A stretch of DNA of 64,000 nucleotides from an uncultured Candidatus Saccharibacteria bacterium (GTDB lineage: Bacteria; Patescibacteriota; Minisyncoccia; 2-02-FULL-40-12). Location: NCBI GenBank assembly GCA_964368135.1, contig CAYIZI010000001.1:42926-106925 (forward strand). Reading direction: 5' to 3'. The notes below the pieces were generated by a model. That model searched no databases. It was not told where the DNA came from and worked only from the letters and a program-made list of their open reading frames with translations. Numbering within the stretch: position 1 is the first letter of the stretch; each line of letters begins with the position of its first letter. The position numbers were made by a program, and so were the translations under genes. Below, one piece after another: positions 35,581 through 45,452 of the stretch.

Positions 35581-37206
35581 TTAATCTTGGTTTTCCAAAA
35601 TTGGCTCGGTATTCAAAATATCCAAATACTCATCCCTTAATTGGTAAATATCGGCAAACGGATAAGAATCAACTAAATCGTATCTTTCAAATCCGGGCGT
35701 TCTTGAAACAAAACTCCATACCGAATCATTATCATCATGAGTCCGCATCACTATCCATCTTGCCCAATGGTCAGGCAGAGTTGTCGCCTCTTTCCAATAA
35801 TCGCCTGTTCCTTCATGGATGAATTTTTTCATCGGCATGCCGGACGAGAATATGATGGCGTCATGCGAAGCGGCGGATATTAATACAAATCCATCTTTAC
35901 CAGCGGCGTTTTGAGCCAGCCAGCCGCTTACTTCGGCGACGTTCTTCTGGCTTGAACCGACTCTGGCATCATCTATAGTAACCGCATCACCGCTTGAAAA
36001 CTGGAAAAAGAGAACAAAAAGAATCAATCCGATGATGACCGGCCTTAATTTTGAAACATAATGAATAAGATATCCGACAAATATCGCGATTGTCGGCATC
36101 AGCATTACTCCGTATCGGGCGTTAAACCAGGTGTCTCCTGATAAACCCTGAATAAATAATACCGAATGGCCAAGATAAAGAGCTAATATATTGAAGAAAA
36201 GGGGGGCCAACAAAACAAAAGTGGCAAAACGCACGCCTCGTCTTATATTCCCTGAAAACCAAAGAGCGACCGCCCCAACAAGACCCATAAGCGCTAAAAA
36301 CGCATTGGAATTATATGCCAAAGCGTAGAAATAGACTTTTAATGAAAAAAACCAATCCCCTTTTGTTGAAAGAACTCCGGCCGCTTCAAGCTGGGTCTGC
36401 TGGGTTCTGGCCGAATAAGGCCCGAAGGCAAAGTAAAGAGGATCGCCGAATATCAAAAGATTCCATAAAAACCACAATACTATGCCAAGCCCGGCCAGAG
36501 TAATGAATAAAATAAGCTTGCCCTCGGCCTGCTTATAGCCGTTTTTCTTCCATACGTAAAAAACAATCATCATTGAGGCTAAAACTAAAAGGAGCCAGCC
36601 GTCATACCTGACCAAGGTTGAAAGCATTATCCAAAAAGCTGACTTGACCAAGTCTACAACCTTGTCATCTTTGAACCACAGCATCAGATAATACGCACCC
36701 GCGGTCATAGCGGCGACAAGCGTTAATTCAGTCATGGCCGTTGACTGAAGATAAAGAACATTCAAATTTGAAGCAAATATCCCCACCCCGATTAATCTGC
36801 CGGTCATTTTAACTCCTATTTTTTCTAAGAACTTATAGATTATCAACCCGGTCAAAACAAAACCAAACATTGACCAGATCGTGCCGGCTAAGCCGGAATG
36901 CCACATAAAATCATTCCAGATTGTCAGGACCATAAGAAGGTGGGTAAGCGGCAGCCAGACGCTTCCCAACTGGGCAAACCCCGGCTTTAATCCCTCAACG
37001 ACCCGGCGGCCAATATCCAAGTGAGAACGGGCATCGTTATAAGCCAAGCTAAGCCCGTTCTGGAAATAAAACATGAAACTTAACACCGAGATAACTGATA
37101 GTATCGCCGCCACAATGGCAAAACCGTTTCTTTCAAAGAAAACTCCGACTCTATTTAGAGCATCGCTGCTTATATTGATTTTAATTACGCCCTTACTTTT
37201 GTTCAT
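35581..37206 (-). CDS. GT-C fold membrane glycosyltransferase (ArnT/PMT/YfhO-like), putative
   Basis: 541 aa, ~12 TM helices, first periplasmic loop with YNDARSHLDIGRR acidic motif. Confidence 0.45.
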   Translation of the reverse strand: MNKSKGVIKINISSDALNRVGVFFERNGFAIVAAILSVISVLSFMFYFQNGLSLAYNDARSHLDIGRRVVEGLKPGFAQLGSVWLPLTHLLMVLTIWNDFMWHSGLAGTIWSMFGFVLTGLIIYKFLEKIGVKMTGRLIGVGIFASNLNVLYLQSTAMTELTLVAAMTAGAYYLMLWFKDDKVVDLVKSAFWIMLSTLVRYDGWLLLVLASMMIVFYVWKKNGYKQAEGKLILFITLAGLGIVLWFLWNLLIFGDPLYFAFGPYSARTQQTQLEAAGVLSTKGDWFFSLKVYFYALAYNSNAFLALMGLVGAVALWFSGNIRRGVRFATFVLLAPLFFNILALYLGHSVLFIQGLSGDTWFNARYGVMLMPTIAIFVGYLIHYVSKLRPVIIGLILFVLFFQFSSGDAVTIDDARVGSSQKNVAEVSGWLAQNAAGKDGFVLISAASHDAIIFSSGMPMKKFIHEGTGDYWKEATTLPDHWARWIVMRTHDDNDSVWSFVSRTPGFERYDLVDSYPFADIYQLRDEYLDILNTEPILENQD

Positions 37207-38764
37207 TTTTTAAGAAAAATAAACTAACCATTAATGATAAAGTCACGGCTATTACTAAAGCTGTCATCATCTGATGATACTCTTGAGCGGTTAGGTATTG
37301 GCTGGCATATCTTTGGAATATAAACGACTTGGATTTATTCTTTTTCAATAAATCAAAATTTCTCTCATAAGTGAACTTTTCTTCTTTTCCTGACACCTCT
37401 TCAAGAGAAAGGACCTGCGCTTGCGGAGGATTAGTATCAGAAGTTATTGCTCCAAGAACATTAACCCAAACTGAATAGCTTACTAAAACAATAAATATTA
37501 TGCCGAATAAATAATTTTTCCTGAATTTAGTAAGAGCGAGTGAAAGGCCTATCCCTCCCAAGGCATAAGACGGAATCAGATATCTTGAACCAAATGCCCA
37601 CCCACCCCAAGGATCTCCCCAAAGAGAATAAAGAATTATATTAAATCCAATAGTTGCCAAAATTAAATTAGCGGCGGATCTATTTAACTTATACAAATAA
37701 GCAAAGCCCAAAATGCTTAAAAGAATAACCGGCGTGAACCAGACAATTCCCCTATCCGGACTTATGAAGTGGATATAAAATCCGTTAAGTAAATTCCTGG
37801 TTTTGAAAAATCCGACTGCTGTTTTCTCTTTATGGTAAGTTTTCTGTAGATTTAATAACTTGCTTATTTCTGATTGGGTTGGTAAACCTTTTTCATCTAT
37901 GGCCTCGACTGATTGAAGCGTACCGGGCAACTGGAATGGGTTGCCGGTAGAAGCCTGGTTAAACCATAGAAATAAAACGATGGGGGGGATAACGGCAAGT
38001 AGGGTTAAAAACCCGAGTATGTTGAAATTAATCTTTAATTTGAATTTTTCTTTTTCAATCCAGATTATTCTGGCCAAGGCAAAAACTCCAAGCGGAATCA
38101 TAAAAAATATGTTCGGGTTGTCCACCACGACCGAAAAGGCGATTAAAAACCATATCAAAGCCACTGACCAAAGATTATTCCAGCGGATAAGCGCATAAAT
38201 ACCCAATAGAATCAAAAAAGTTGATATATGATGCTGGTATAAAGTGGCGGCATAAGCAAAAGCCGGCGAAGCAAAAGCAAAAACAAGAGCCCCGATACTG
38301 GCCGCCAAAGGATTAGACCCTAACCTTATCGCTATCAACCTCACAAAGATTATATTCAAAAGAGCGAATAAAGCTGCGGTTGAAAATGCTCCCACTTGTG
38401 ATAATCCAAACTCTCTTCCTATCACGTAACCAGGTATAGCCAAAAAAGAAACACCCGGATTAAAAAGAGAAACATAACCGCCATTAACATAAGCAACATC
38501 TGGGGTAGTGAATTTGGCTAATGGCACTGAAAACTGAAAAGACTTATCCTCAACTAAAGAATAAGTCAAAGCAAATCTGCCCCTTTCCGGAGATAATTCA
38601 AAAGGCGCGCTTTCTGTAGGTTCATTAGGCTTCCACTGAGAAGTATTTAAGGCATCTTTGTTTGGATTTCCGGGAATGCCGCGCAAACCAAGAATTAAGA
38701 TAGCGGCGCAAAATAGTATAAACAATATGGCCGGAATTAATTGTAATATTTTAATTTTATCCAT
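37193..38764 (-). CDS. GT-C fold membrane glycosyltransferase (ArnT/PMT-like), putative
   Basis: 523 aa polytopic; loop-1 motif SPERGRFALTYSLVEDKSF. Confidence 0.45.
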   Translation of the reverse strand: MDKIKILQLIPAILFILFCAAILILGLRGIPGNPNKDALNTSQWKPNEPTESAPFELSPERGRFALTYSLVEDKSFQFSVPLAKFTTPDVAYVNGGYVSLFNPGVSFLAIPGYVIGREFGLSQVGAFSTAALFALLNIIFVRLIAIRLGSNPLAASIGALVFAFASPAFAYAATLYQHHISTFLILLGIYALIRWNNLWSVALIWFLIAFSVVVDNPNIFFMIPLGVFALARIIWIEKEKFKLKINFNILGFLTLLAVIPPIVLFLWFNQASTGNPFQLPGTLQSVEAIDEKGLPTQSEISKLLNLQKTYHKEKTAVGFFKTRNLLNGFYIHFISPDRGIVWFTPVILLSILGFAYLYKLNRSAANLILATIGFNIILYSLWGDPWGGWAFGSRYLIPSYALGGIGLSLALTKFRKNYLFGIIFIVLVSYSVWVNVLGAITSDTNPPQAQVLSLEEVSGKEEKFTYERNFDLLKKNKSKSFIFQRYASQYLTAQEYHQMMTALVIAVTLSLMVSLFFLKNEQK

Positions 38765-40010
38765 TATATTGGTGATTTATCCTGCTATACGACTGAATAC
38801 CTATATCCTTTGAACTATTAGGGTTTTTGACTATCTGTTTATATAAACTATTCATACTATCGGCAACTTCCCTCCAAGAATTTCCAAGACTAAAGTTCAC
38901 GCAGTTTTTTTGCATATCTTTTATAAATTTGGAGCCATTATTTTTAAGGACAAAATCTATTTTCTTAGCTAAGGCTTTGTGATCACGAATCCCGATGCAG
39001 TATCCGTTTATTCCATTCTTAATCAAATATGTCAGGGCTTCATTATTAGAAACAATACATATTAAACCTTGACTTAAACCTTCATTTATAACATTTGGAT
39101 AAGCTTCTTTAATAGACATCAGAATCATCATCCCGGCCTTTTTAATTATATAGTACTTATCTATGCCTTTTATCAGCCCAGTAAATACCACTCTGTCTTG
39201 TAAACCTAATTTTTCTATAAGCTCCTGGAGGTATTTTTTATAAGAATTATCATCTTCTGGCCCTACAATCACAAACTTAAGATTTTTAGGCAGTATGGCC
39301 AGGGCTTTAATAGCGGTTTCGTAATTTTTAATTGGGTGGATCCTGCCTACCTGAATTATGTAATTACCTAATCCCTCAACTATTTTCTTTATTTCGGGAC
39401 TGGCCTTAGTTTCAACATCTTCAAAGGCCTCGCTTTCAATCCCGTTCTCAATAACCACAACAAGTTCTGGTTTTACTCCTTTTTCAATTATTTCAGATTT
39501 TTCTAATTCAGAAACAGCCCTGACCGCATCAACAACAAGATTTATAAAAAGTATTCCCGCTGTATAATGGTAGACTATTTTTATTATCTTCTGGATGGGA
39601 TTGAATATGGACCAGTCTGGAGTAAAGCCGCCGTGAGGAGTTAAAACCAAAGCAAAATTCTTTTTGCCTAAGATTTTTAGGAACAAAGCTTTAAACAAAA
39701 TGTGGAAGTGCGGAAAGATATTAAAATTGTGAAGGCAAACAAGGTTTGTATTTTTCCAGTTTATACTTGGCAAATAGCCATACCATTTAAAAGGATATCT
39801 TCTAATCTTGATGCTTCTAACTTCGTCTGTGTTAGGCAGATAATTTTTATTCGTAAACGTGTCTTTAGAAGTGTGGATAGTAACATCCCATCCTTTTTCG
39901 GCAAGAACGCTGTAAGTCTCCAAAATATTTGTCTCGGCGCCGGCTACAACCGGATAGAAGTACTTTTGTACTATATCAATATGACCAAGTTTTTCTGATT
40001 TTATATTCAT
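38757..40010 (-). CDS. Glycosyltransferase family 4 (GT-B)
   Basis: E-x7-E region ...EAYPNVINEGLSQGLICIVS...; GT4 C-terminal domain pattern. Confidence 0.7.
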   Translation of the reverse strand: MNIKSEKLGHIDIVQKYFYPVVAGAETNILETYSVLAEKGWDVTIHTSKDTFTNKNYLPNTDEVRSIKIRRYPFKWYGYLPSINWKNTNLVCLHNFNIFPHFHILFKALFLKILGKKNFALVLTPHGGFTPDWSIFNPIQKIIKIVYHYTAGILFINLVVDAVRAVSELEKSEIIEKGVKPELVVVIENGIESEAFEDVETKASPEIKKIVEGLGNYIIQVGRIHPIKNYETAIKALAILPKNLKFVIVGPEDDNSYKKYLQELIEKLGLQDRVVFTGLIKGIDKYYIIKKAGMMILMSIKEAYPNVINEGLSQGLICIVSNNEALTYLIKNGINGYCIGIRDHKALAKKIDFVLKNNGSKFIKDMQKNCVNFSLGNSWREVADSMNSLYKQIVKNPNSSKDIGIQSYSRINHQYNG

Positions 40011-40019
40011 GATAATTTT

Positions 40020-40961
40020 TTATTCAGTTTGTTTATAAATTAATGTTTTGGATGACCTGTGAGGCATAAATAGAGGATCAAATTTTGAAACTTTTAATGT
40101 CGTAATCCTATTGATACATACCTCCAATAAATACAAGACGATCAAAACAGGATTCCTGAAAAAGCTTGATAAAACAGACTTAACGACCAACCCGAACGGC
40201 GGGCTATATTCCTTTTTAATCCAGGCTGGTTCAAAATACTTACAAAATGATCTTCGGCCGCTTATGAATTTAGTGCACTGCTTTTTCCTATCTTTGAAAT
40301 TGGTAACATTCCTAAAATAAAATCTTGCGCGATGTTGTTTAACCATTTTTAAATTCAACTGTTTTAACCTGAAATAAGTGTAAACGTCTTCTGGAAGGTC
40401 TAATGGCCATGTGAGATTTTGGGTAAAGTTCCTTGATAAAATTTTGGCTGAATTGCAACAATAAATATTATCGCCTCCTCGCCACTCACTGAACATCTTA
40501 CTTTTCATACGACTACCTTGAGTCATTACCTTTTCAAATAAACCAACGGGTTTAACCGGCTCTGCATTGCCGACTGCAATGCCCAGATTTTTAATACTTG
40601 ATTTCTTAAATGGATGCACCAACTCATCAATAACTCCTGTGTCGGCGGGCAAGGCGTCGCCTTCCACTATCATTAATAAGTCGCCGGAATATTTTTTAAG
40701 CATCAAGTTCTGCATAGCTTGCTGGCCTGATCTTTTTTTAAAGATAAACATTTTAATTATCTTAAATCTATTTGCCAAAGATTTAACAATATCTACAGAA
40801 TTATCTGTGGTGCCATCAAAGAAAACCATAATTTCTTTAAGCATATAATTATCCTGTTCCTGTTTAACCAGCCTCAAAATAAGCTCTTTAATATTGGCTT
40901 CCTCGTTGTAAACCGGAATGCCTATAGAAACCGTCAATTTTCTTGTTTTTTTCTGGTTCAT
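40020..40961 (-). CDS. Glycosyltransferase family 2
   Basis: VSIGIPVYNEEANIKELI N-terminus, D-x-D region, GT-A fold. Confidence 0.7.
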   Translation of the reverse strand: MNQKKTRKLTVSIGIPVYNEEANIKELILRLVKQEQDNYMLKEIMVFFDGTTDNSVDIVKSLANRFKIIKMFIFKKRSGQQAMQNLMLKKYSGDLLMIVEGDALPADTGVIDELVHPFKKSSIKNLGIAVGNAEPVKPVGLFEKVMTQGSRMKSKMFSEWRGGDNIYCCNSAKILSRNFTQNLTWPLDLPEDVYTYFRLKQLNLKMVKQHRARFYFRNVTNFKDRKKQCTKFISGRRSFCKYFEPAWIKKEYSPPFGLVVKSVLSSFFRNPVLIVLYLLEVCINRITTLKVSKFDPLFMPHRSSKTLIYKQTE

Positions 40962-40962
40962 T

Positions 40963-41871
40963 TTATTTATTTATTTGCTTAGTCGACGCATCAACATCCC
41001 AAACAGGATCAATAACTTTCTTTTCCGGTTGTTTATTTAATCTGGTATAAATAAACACACCCATATAAGAAACCAAAGATATAGGATGCCTAATAAATTC
41101 CTCTAAAAAGCTTAAAACTAATGCCTTGATTGGGATTTTATATTCGGCTGCTACTTGCTGACCAAAATAAGACACCATTTCTTTTAGAGCATATTGGTAG
41201 CGGCTGCTTGGACCCACCTGGTCGCTAATTTTTTGGGGACAGCGGATTTTAACAATAGCTTTGTCTGCTAAGGCAAACCTTCCGCCTAATCTCCTGTTTT
41301 CCAAGTACATATACATATCGCCGGTTACAATATTTTCGCGAAGATTAAACCTTTTAAAATGCTCGGTTCTAAATGCAAGACAACGACCGCTGGCCAATAG
41401 ATGGTTGCTCTTGCCTTTTAATTTTAAGACCATGTGGTCAATAACCCTGACCATACTTGCCATTGCCGACTCAAAAAAAGTTTCAGGCGGCAAAGGCAAA
41501 ACTCTTGCCCCAACCATGGTTGCTTCTGGATTACTCTGAAAAACAGACAGTATTTCTTTTAAAGTCCCGGGTTCAAAGGTTATATCGTCTTGAGTGGAAA
41601 CATAAATATCGCTATTGCATACATCAACCGTCTGCTTAATTTTTTTAAGCTGGCTCCCCTCTTTTTCATTCCAAATCAATTCAACTCCCAATTTGGAAAG
41701 CTCGGATTTAATTTCAGGCGATATCGGCGTGCGGTCAGCGCAAATTATAAATCTGAAGTTGCCCACTCCTTTTGAATTTCTAAGACCTTTGGCGGTGTCC
41801 GAAAGAGATTCGCCTCCGTAGCAAGTGGGTATAGCGACGGTTAATGTCAATTGTTTTTCTTTGTTATCCAT
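40963..41871 (-). CDS. Glycosyltransferase family 2-like
   Basis: LTVAIPTCYGGESL N-terminus, QDD acidic motif. Confidence 0.6.
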   Translation of the reverse strand: MDNKEKQLTLTVAIPTCYGGESLSDTAKGLRNSKGVGNFRFIICADRTPISPEIKSELSKLGVELIWNEKEGSQLKKIKQTVDVCNSDIYVSTQDDITFEPGTLKEILSVFQSNPEATMVGARVLPLPPETFFESAMASMVRVIDHMVLKLKGKSNHLLASGRCLAFRTEHFKRFNLRENIVTGDMYMYLENRRLGGRFALADKAIVKIRCPQKISDQVGPSSRYQYALKEMVSYFGQQVAAEYKIPIKALVLSFLEEFIRHPISLVSYMGVFIYTRLNKQPEKKVIDPVWDVDASTKQINK

Positions 41872-43150
41872 TTTTGAAATGTTTGGTTTGTTCTTCTCTT
41901 AACTTATCTGATAAACGACCGTCCGGCCGCTCAACATCGGCATATGTAATTACTTCATCTTGTTTTATATCTCTCTTTAAAACACAGCCGTCCGTTAAAC
42001 CCATCGACAAGAGATTTTCTTTCAAACTGACATCATAATTTTCAATAACTCCATAACAGGTGAATCCGCCGATTCCGTCCAAAACTTCTCCTTTCTTAAG
42101 ATCTTTTTTGGCTAAAGTAATGACATCACAAAATGGCCTGCCGACTGGAGCCAAGGTGGCGTCTTTCATTAATACGGCTCTGGCCACACTGGCTGGTGTC
42201 TCAATAGGACTTAAATGATATGGCCTGTAAAATGTATATACTGGGCCATTGCCCATCTTATAGACCTTCATATACCTCTGTTTTATCGGGTGCTCGCTAT
42301 AAGCCAAGACAAAAACTCCAAAACTTGGTTCGGCTCCCAAGATATAATCCACTATCGGCCTGTCTTTTATTTCTTCAAACGGAAATAAATTAACGGCTTG
42401 CTCCACTCTCTCACAGCGATGGCCGAACATTCCTCTTTTTCCGACTCCAAACCCGACGGCATTGCCGATTGTGGCCATTTCCATGGCTATCTTTGTGCCA
42501 TCGGCAAAAGAAGTAATCATTTTCGGCCTCTGGAAATGGGCTTCGGCAAACGCCTTCTGGGTCTCCGGAGTTCTCCTCGCATCAATCAAGCTTTTTATAT
42601 TGCCCGCTAATATGGGTTTAAACCCCCACATTTTTACTTCCCTAATCAAATTCATTAAAACCGCAGGCTGGTCTCCGTCTCCTTGGGTATAGATAACTCC
42701 GGCAGCGTCAGCGTACTTTTTTAATATCGGCCCCAAAGTTGCATCAAGCTCGGCATTTATCAAAACGATGTGCTTTTTATTTTTTATCGCCTCCATCGCC
42801 ACTTTTGCCCCAAATTCAACTTCTCCGGTAGCATCAACAATTGCATCAATATAGGAAGAATTGCATAACAGCATTGGATTATCGGTGATAACATATTCTC
42901 CTGACTTAATAGCCGAATCTAAATCATTTTGATTATCCGCGCGCCTAATCGGACTGGCATTAAGTTCTTTCAGCGCCTCCTCCGCCGTATCTATAGTCCT
43001 ATTGGAAACTGCGCTCAACTTCATCCCCGGAGTTGAAGTAATAAGCTGAAGCATAAAACCCTTAGCCGCAAAGCCGGCGCCAACAAGGCCTACTCTTATG
43101 AGTTGGCTGTTGTTCTTTAATTCCTCTAATTTTTTATCAATGATAATCAT
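41864..43150 (-). CDS. NAD(P)-binding oxidoreductase with C-terminal SAF domain (COG4091-like)
   Basis: Rossmann motif VGLVGAGFAAKG, SAF-like C-terminal domain; sits inside a sugar-modification cluster. Confidence 0.5.
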   Translation of the reverse strand: MIIIDKKLEELKNNSQLIRVGLVGAGFAAKGFMLQLITSTPGMKLSAVSNRTIDTAEEALKELNASPIRRADNQNDLDSAIKSGEYVITDNPMLLCNSSYIDAIVDATGEVEFGAKVAMEAIKNKKHIVLINAELDATLGPILKKYADAAGVIYTQGDGDQPAVLMNLIREVKMWGFKPILAGNIKSLIDARRTPETQKAFAEAHFQRPKMITSFADGTKIAMEMATIGNAVGFGVGKRGMFGHRCERVEQAVNLFPFEEIKDRPIVDYILGAEPSFGVFVLAYSEHPIKQRYMKVYKMGNGPVYTFYRPYHLSPIETPASVARAVLMKDATLAPVGRPFCDVITLAKKDLKKGEVLDGIGGFTCYGVIENYDVSLKENLLSMGLTDGCVLKRDIKQDEVITYADVERPDGRLSDKLREEQTKHFKNG

Positions 43151-43159
43151 ATTTATTTA

Positions 43160-43690
43160 TTAGCTTTTAAAATCCGGCCAAGATGAATCTTTTTCAGAAA
43201 CATGCTCTACCGCTACCGGCCAATCAAAATTAAATTTCTTATCATTAAATCTAATTCCTTTTTCACATTCGGCCGTAAACGGCGCCGTATATAAATTTAT
43301 AAATTCAACATCGTCTCCCAGGGTTAAAAATCCGTGGGCAACGCCTTTAGGAACATACAGTGATTTCATATCTGAATCGCTAAGCTTAAAACCCTGCCAC
43401 TTCAGGTATGTCGGAGAGTTAGGTCTTACATCAACAATAACTTCATAGATAGAACCCCTGGTAACTCTGGTCAACTGGGCCATCTCTTGAGGTTTAATCT
43501 GATAATGGATTCCTCTGATTGTGCCTTTATTTTTTGTAAAAGAAATATAGCCCTGAACAATTTCATTGCTTATATTTACTTTTTTAAACTCATCCTTGCC
43601 GAATATGCGGGTTAAATTGCCTCGGTCATCCTCTCGCTTGGCAAGTTGAATTAAATACGAACCTTCAATGTTTGTTTTTATAAATTCCAT
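43160..43690 (-). CDS. dTDP/CDP-4-dehydro-6-deoxy-sugar 3,5-epimerase (RmlC-like cupin)
   Basis: RmlC cupin pattern ...RGIHYQ...YVPKGVAHGF... Confidence 0.75.
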   Translation of the reverse strand: MEFIKTNIEGSYLIQLAKREDDRGNLTRIFGKDEFKKVNISNEIVQGYISFTKNKGTIRGIHYQIKPQEMAQLTRVTRGSIYEVIVDVRPNSPTYLKWQGFKLSDSDMKSLYVPKGVAHGFLTLGDDVEFINLYTAPFTAECEKGIRFNDKKFNFDWPVAVEHVSEKDSSWPDFKS

Positions 43691-43691
43691 A

Positions 43692-44723
43692 TTATTTTTT
43701 AACTTTCCAATTAAGCATATTGTCCAACTGGCCAGTTTCCATCAGGTATTTTATTTCTTTTAATCTGGTGAATGGATTCGACTCAAATACCTCCTTGGTC
43801 ATGGAAATTTTTTCAAATATTTGTTTTAACTGCTCGGCCCCGTCTTTAATGCTCCACTGGCATTTAAATCCGGGCAGTTTAGAATATATTTTGTCAAAAT
43901 TTACTCTGTAACTTCTGTTGTCGCTGCCGGCCTGGTCCATTGTAATTTTGCAATTGGGGAATACGTCAGATATTACTTTGGCAATATCTCTGACCTGATA
44001 ATTCCCTTTGTTGCTCCCAACATTGAATACTTGATTATGGACGACTTCTTTAGGCGCTTTAGCGGCGCAAATCATTGCCTGGCAAATATCAAGAATATGA
44101 ACCAATGGCCTCCAGGGAGTACCGTCGCTATTTAGTTTTATCTCTTTATCAACCCAGGCCAAGCCACTAAGGTTATTCAATACGATATCAAATCTCATTC
44201 TTGGAGAGGGTCCGTAAGCCGTGGCATTTCTTAAAAATACGGGCGAAAAATTATCATCGGCCAGTTTAAATAATTCTTTTTCCACCAATATTTTGCATTT
44301 AGCATAAGCTGTCTGGGGATTGACGGCAGACTCTTCAGTCACCAAATCATCTTTGGCAATGCCGTAAACGCTGCACGAAGACGAATATATAAACCTTTTG
44401 ACACCGGCTTTCTTGCATTTTTCAGCCAGTGAAACCGAGCCATGATAGTTTATGGAATAGGTTAAATCAGGGTTAATTTCGCCGAGAGGATCATTAGACA
44501 GCTCGGCCAGATGAATAACAACGTCAAATCCTCTTAAATCATCTTCGGTCACATCACGGGTATCTTTGCGCAGAATTTCCGGCTGTTTGCCAAAACCGTT
44601 ATAAAGCTGGCCGGACTTATAAAATCCGGCATCTAAACCAACCACCTCATATCCTTTTTCGATCATTTTAGGAGCTAAGACAGAACCGATATATCCGTCT
44701 GCTCCGGTTATTAATATTTTCAT
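43692..44723 (-). CDS. NAD-dependent nucleotide-sugar epimerase/dehydratase (GalE-like extended SDR)
   Basis: MKILITGADGYIGS, SSSCSVYG and YAKCK (YxxxK) motifs; start trimmed to the ATG at 44723. Confidence 0.75.
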   Translation of the reverse strand: MKILITGADGYIGSVLAPKMIEKGYEVVGLDAGFYKSGQLYNGFGKQPEILRKDTRDVTEDDLRGFDVVIHLAELSNDPLGEINPDLTYSINYHGSVSLAEKCKKAGVKRFIYSSSCSVYGIAKDDLVTEESAVNPQTAYAKCKILVEKELFKLADDNFSPVFLRNATAYGPSPRMRFDIVLNNLSGLAWVDKEIKLNSDGTPWRPLVHILDICQAMICAAKAPKEVVHNQVFNVGSNKGNYQVRDIAKVISDVFPNCKITMDQAGSDNRSYRVNFDKIYSKLPGFKCQWSIKDGAEQLKQIFEKISMTKEVFESNPFTRLKEIKYLMETGQLDNMLNWKVKK

Positions 44724-44725
44724 AA

Positions 44726-45439
44726 TTACCAAACCTTCCAAAGGGCCTGGCCTTTTTGCCAAAGCTCCTCCAGAATATTTTTATCTCTTAGCGTATCCAG
44801 ACACATCCAAAATCCTTTGTGGCGATACGCGGCTAATTTACCGTCTTCGACCAACTGCTTCATTGGTTCTTGTTCAAAAACAGTTTCATCTCCTTGGATG
44901 TAATCAATTACTTTCGGGTCAAGAATAAAAAATCCGCCGTTTATCCACGAACCCCCATTTTTTGGTTTTTCCCTGAAACTTGATACCAATCCATTCTTGC
45001 CCTCAATTTTTAAAATACCGAACCTCCCTTCCGGCTGAACTGCTGTTACGGTGGCTGGTAAATTATGGCCATTATGGAATTCTAAAAGTTTTTTTAAATC
45101 AACATCGGCAACACCGTCGCCATAAGTAAGGAAAAACTGGCCATTACCAAGATAATCTTTTATTCTCTTTATCCTGCCGCCGGTCATGGTTTCCTGTCCG
45201 GTATCAACAATGGTTATATTCCAATTTTCATTATCAATCCCTTTGCTAAAATACTCCTTTATCATGTCGCCTTTGTAGCCGGCACAAATGATAAAGTCGT
45301 TAAAACCCTGGGTTGAAAATATTTTCATAACATGCCAAAGCATCGGTTTGCCGCCGATTTCAACCATTGGCTTAGGCCTGACCGAAGTTTCCTCGGCTAT
45401 CCTGGTGCCATAACCGCCTGCTAAAATTACCACTTTCAT
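44726..45439 (-). CDS. rfbF: Glucose-1-phosphate cytidylyltransferase
   Basis: MKVVILAGGYGTRIAEETSVRPKPMVEIGGKPMLWHVMKIF... Confidence 0.8.
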   Translation of the reverse strand: MKVVILAGGYGTRIAEETSVRPKPMVEIGGKPMLWHVMKIFSTQGFNDFIICAGYKGDMIKEYFSKGIDNENWNITIVDTGQETMTGGRIKRIKDYLGNGQFFLTYGDGVADVDLKKLLEFHNGHNLPATVTAVQPEGRFGILKIEGKNGLVSSFREKPKNGGSWINGGFFILDPKVIDYIQGDETVFEQEPMKQLVEDGKLAAYRHKGFWMCLDTLRDKNILEELWQKGQALWKVW

Positions 45440-45452
45440 ATCATTCATATAG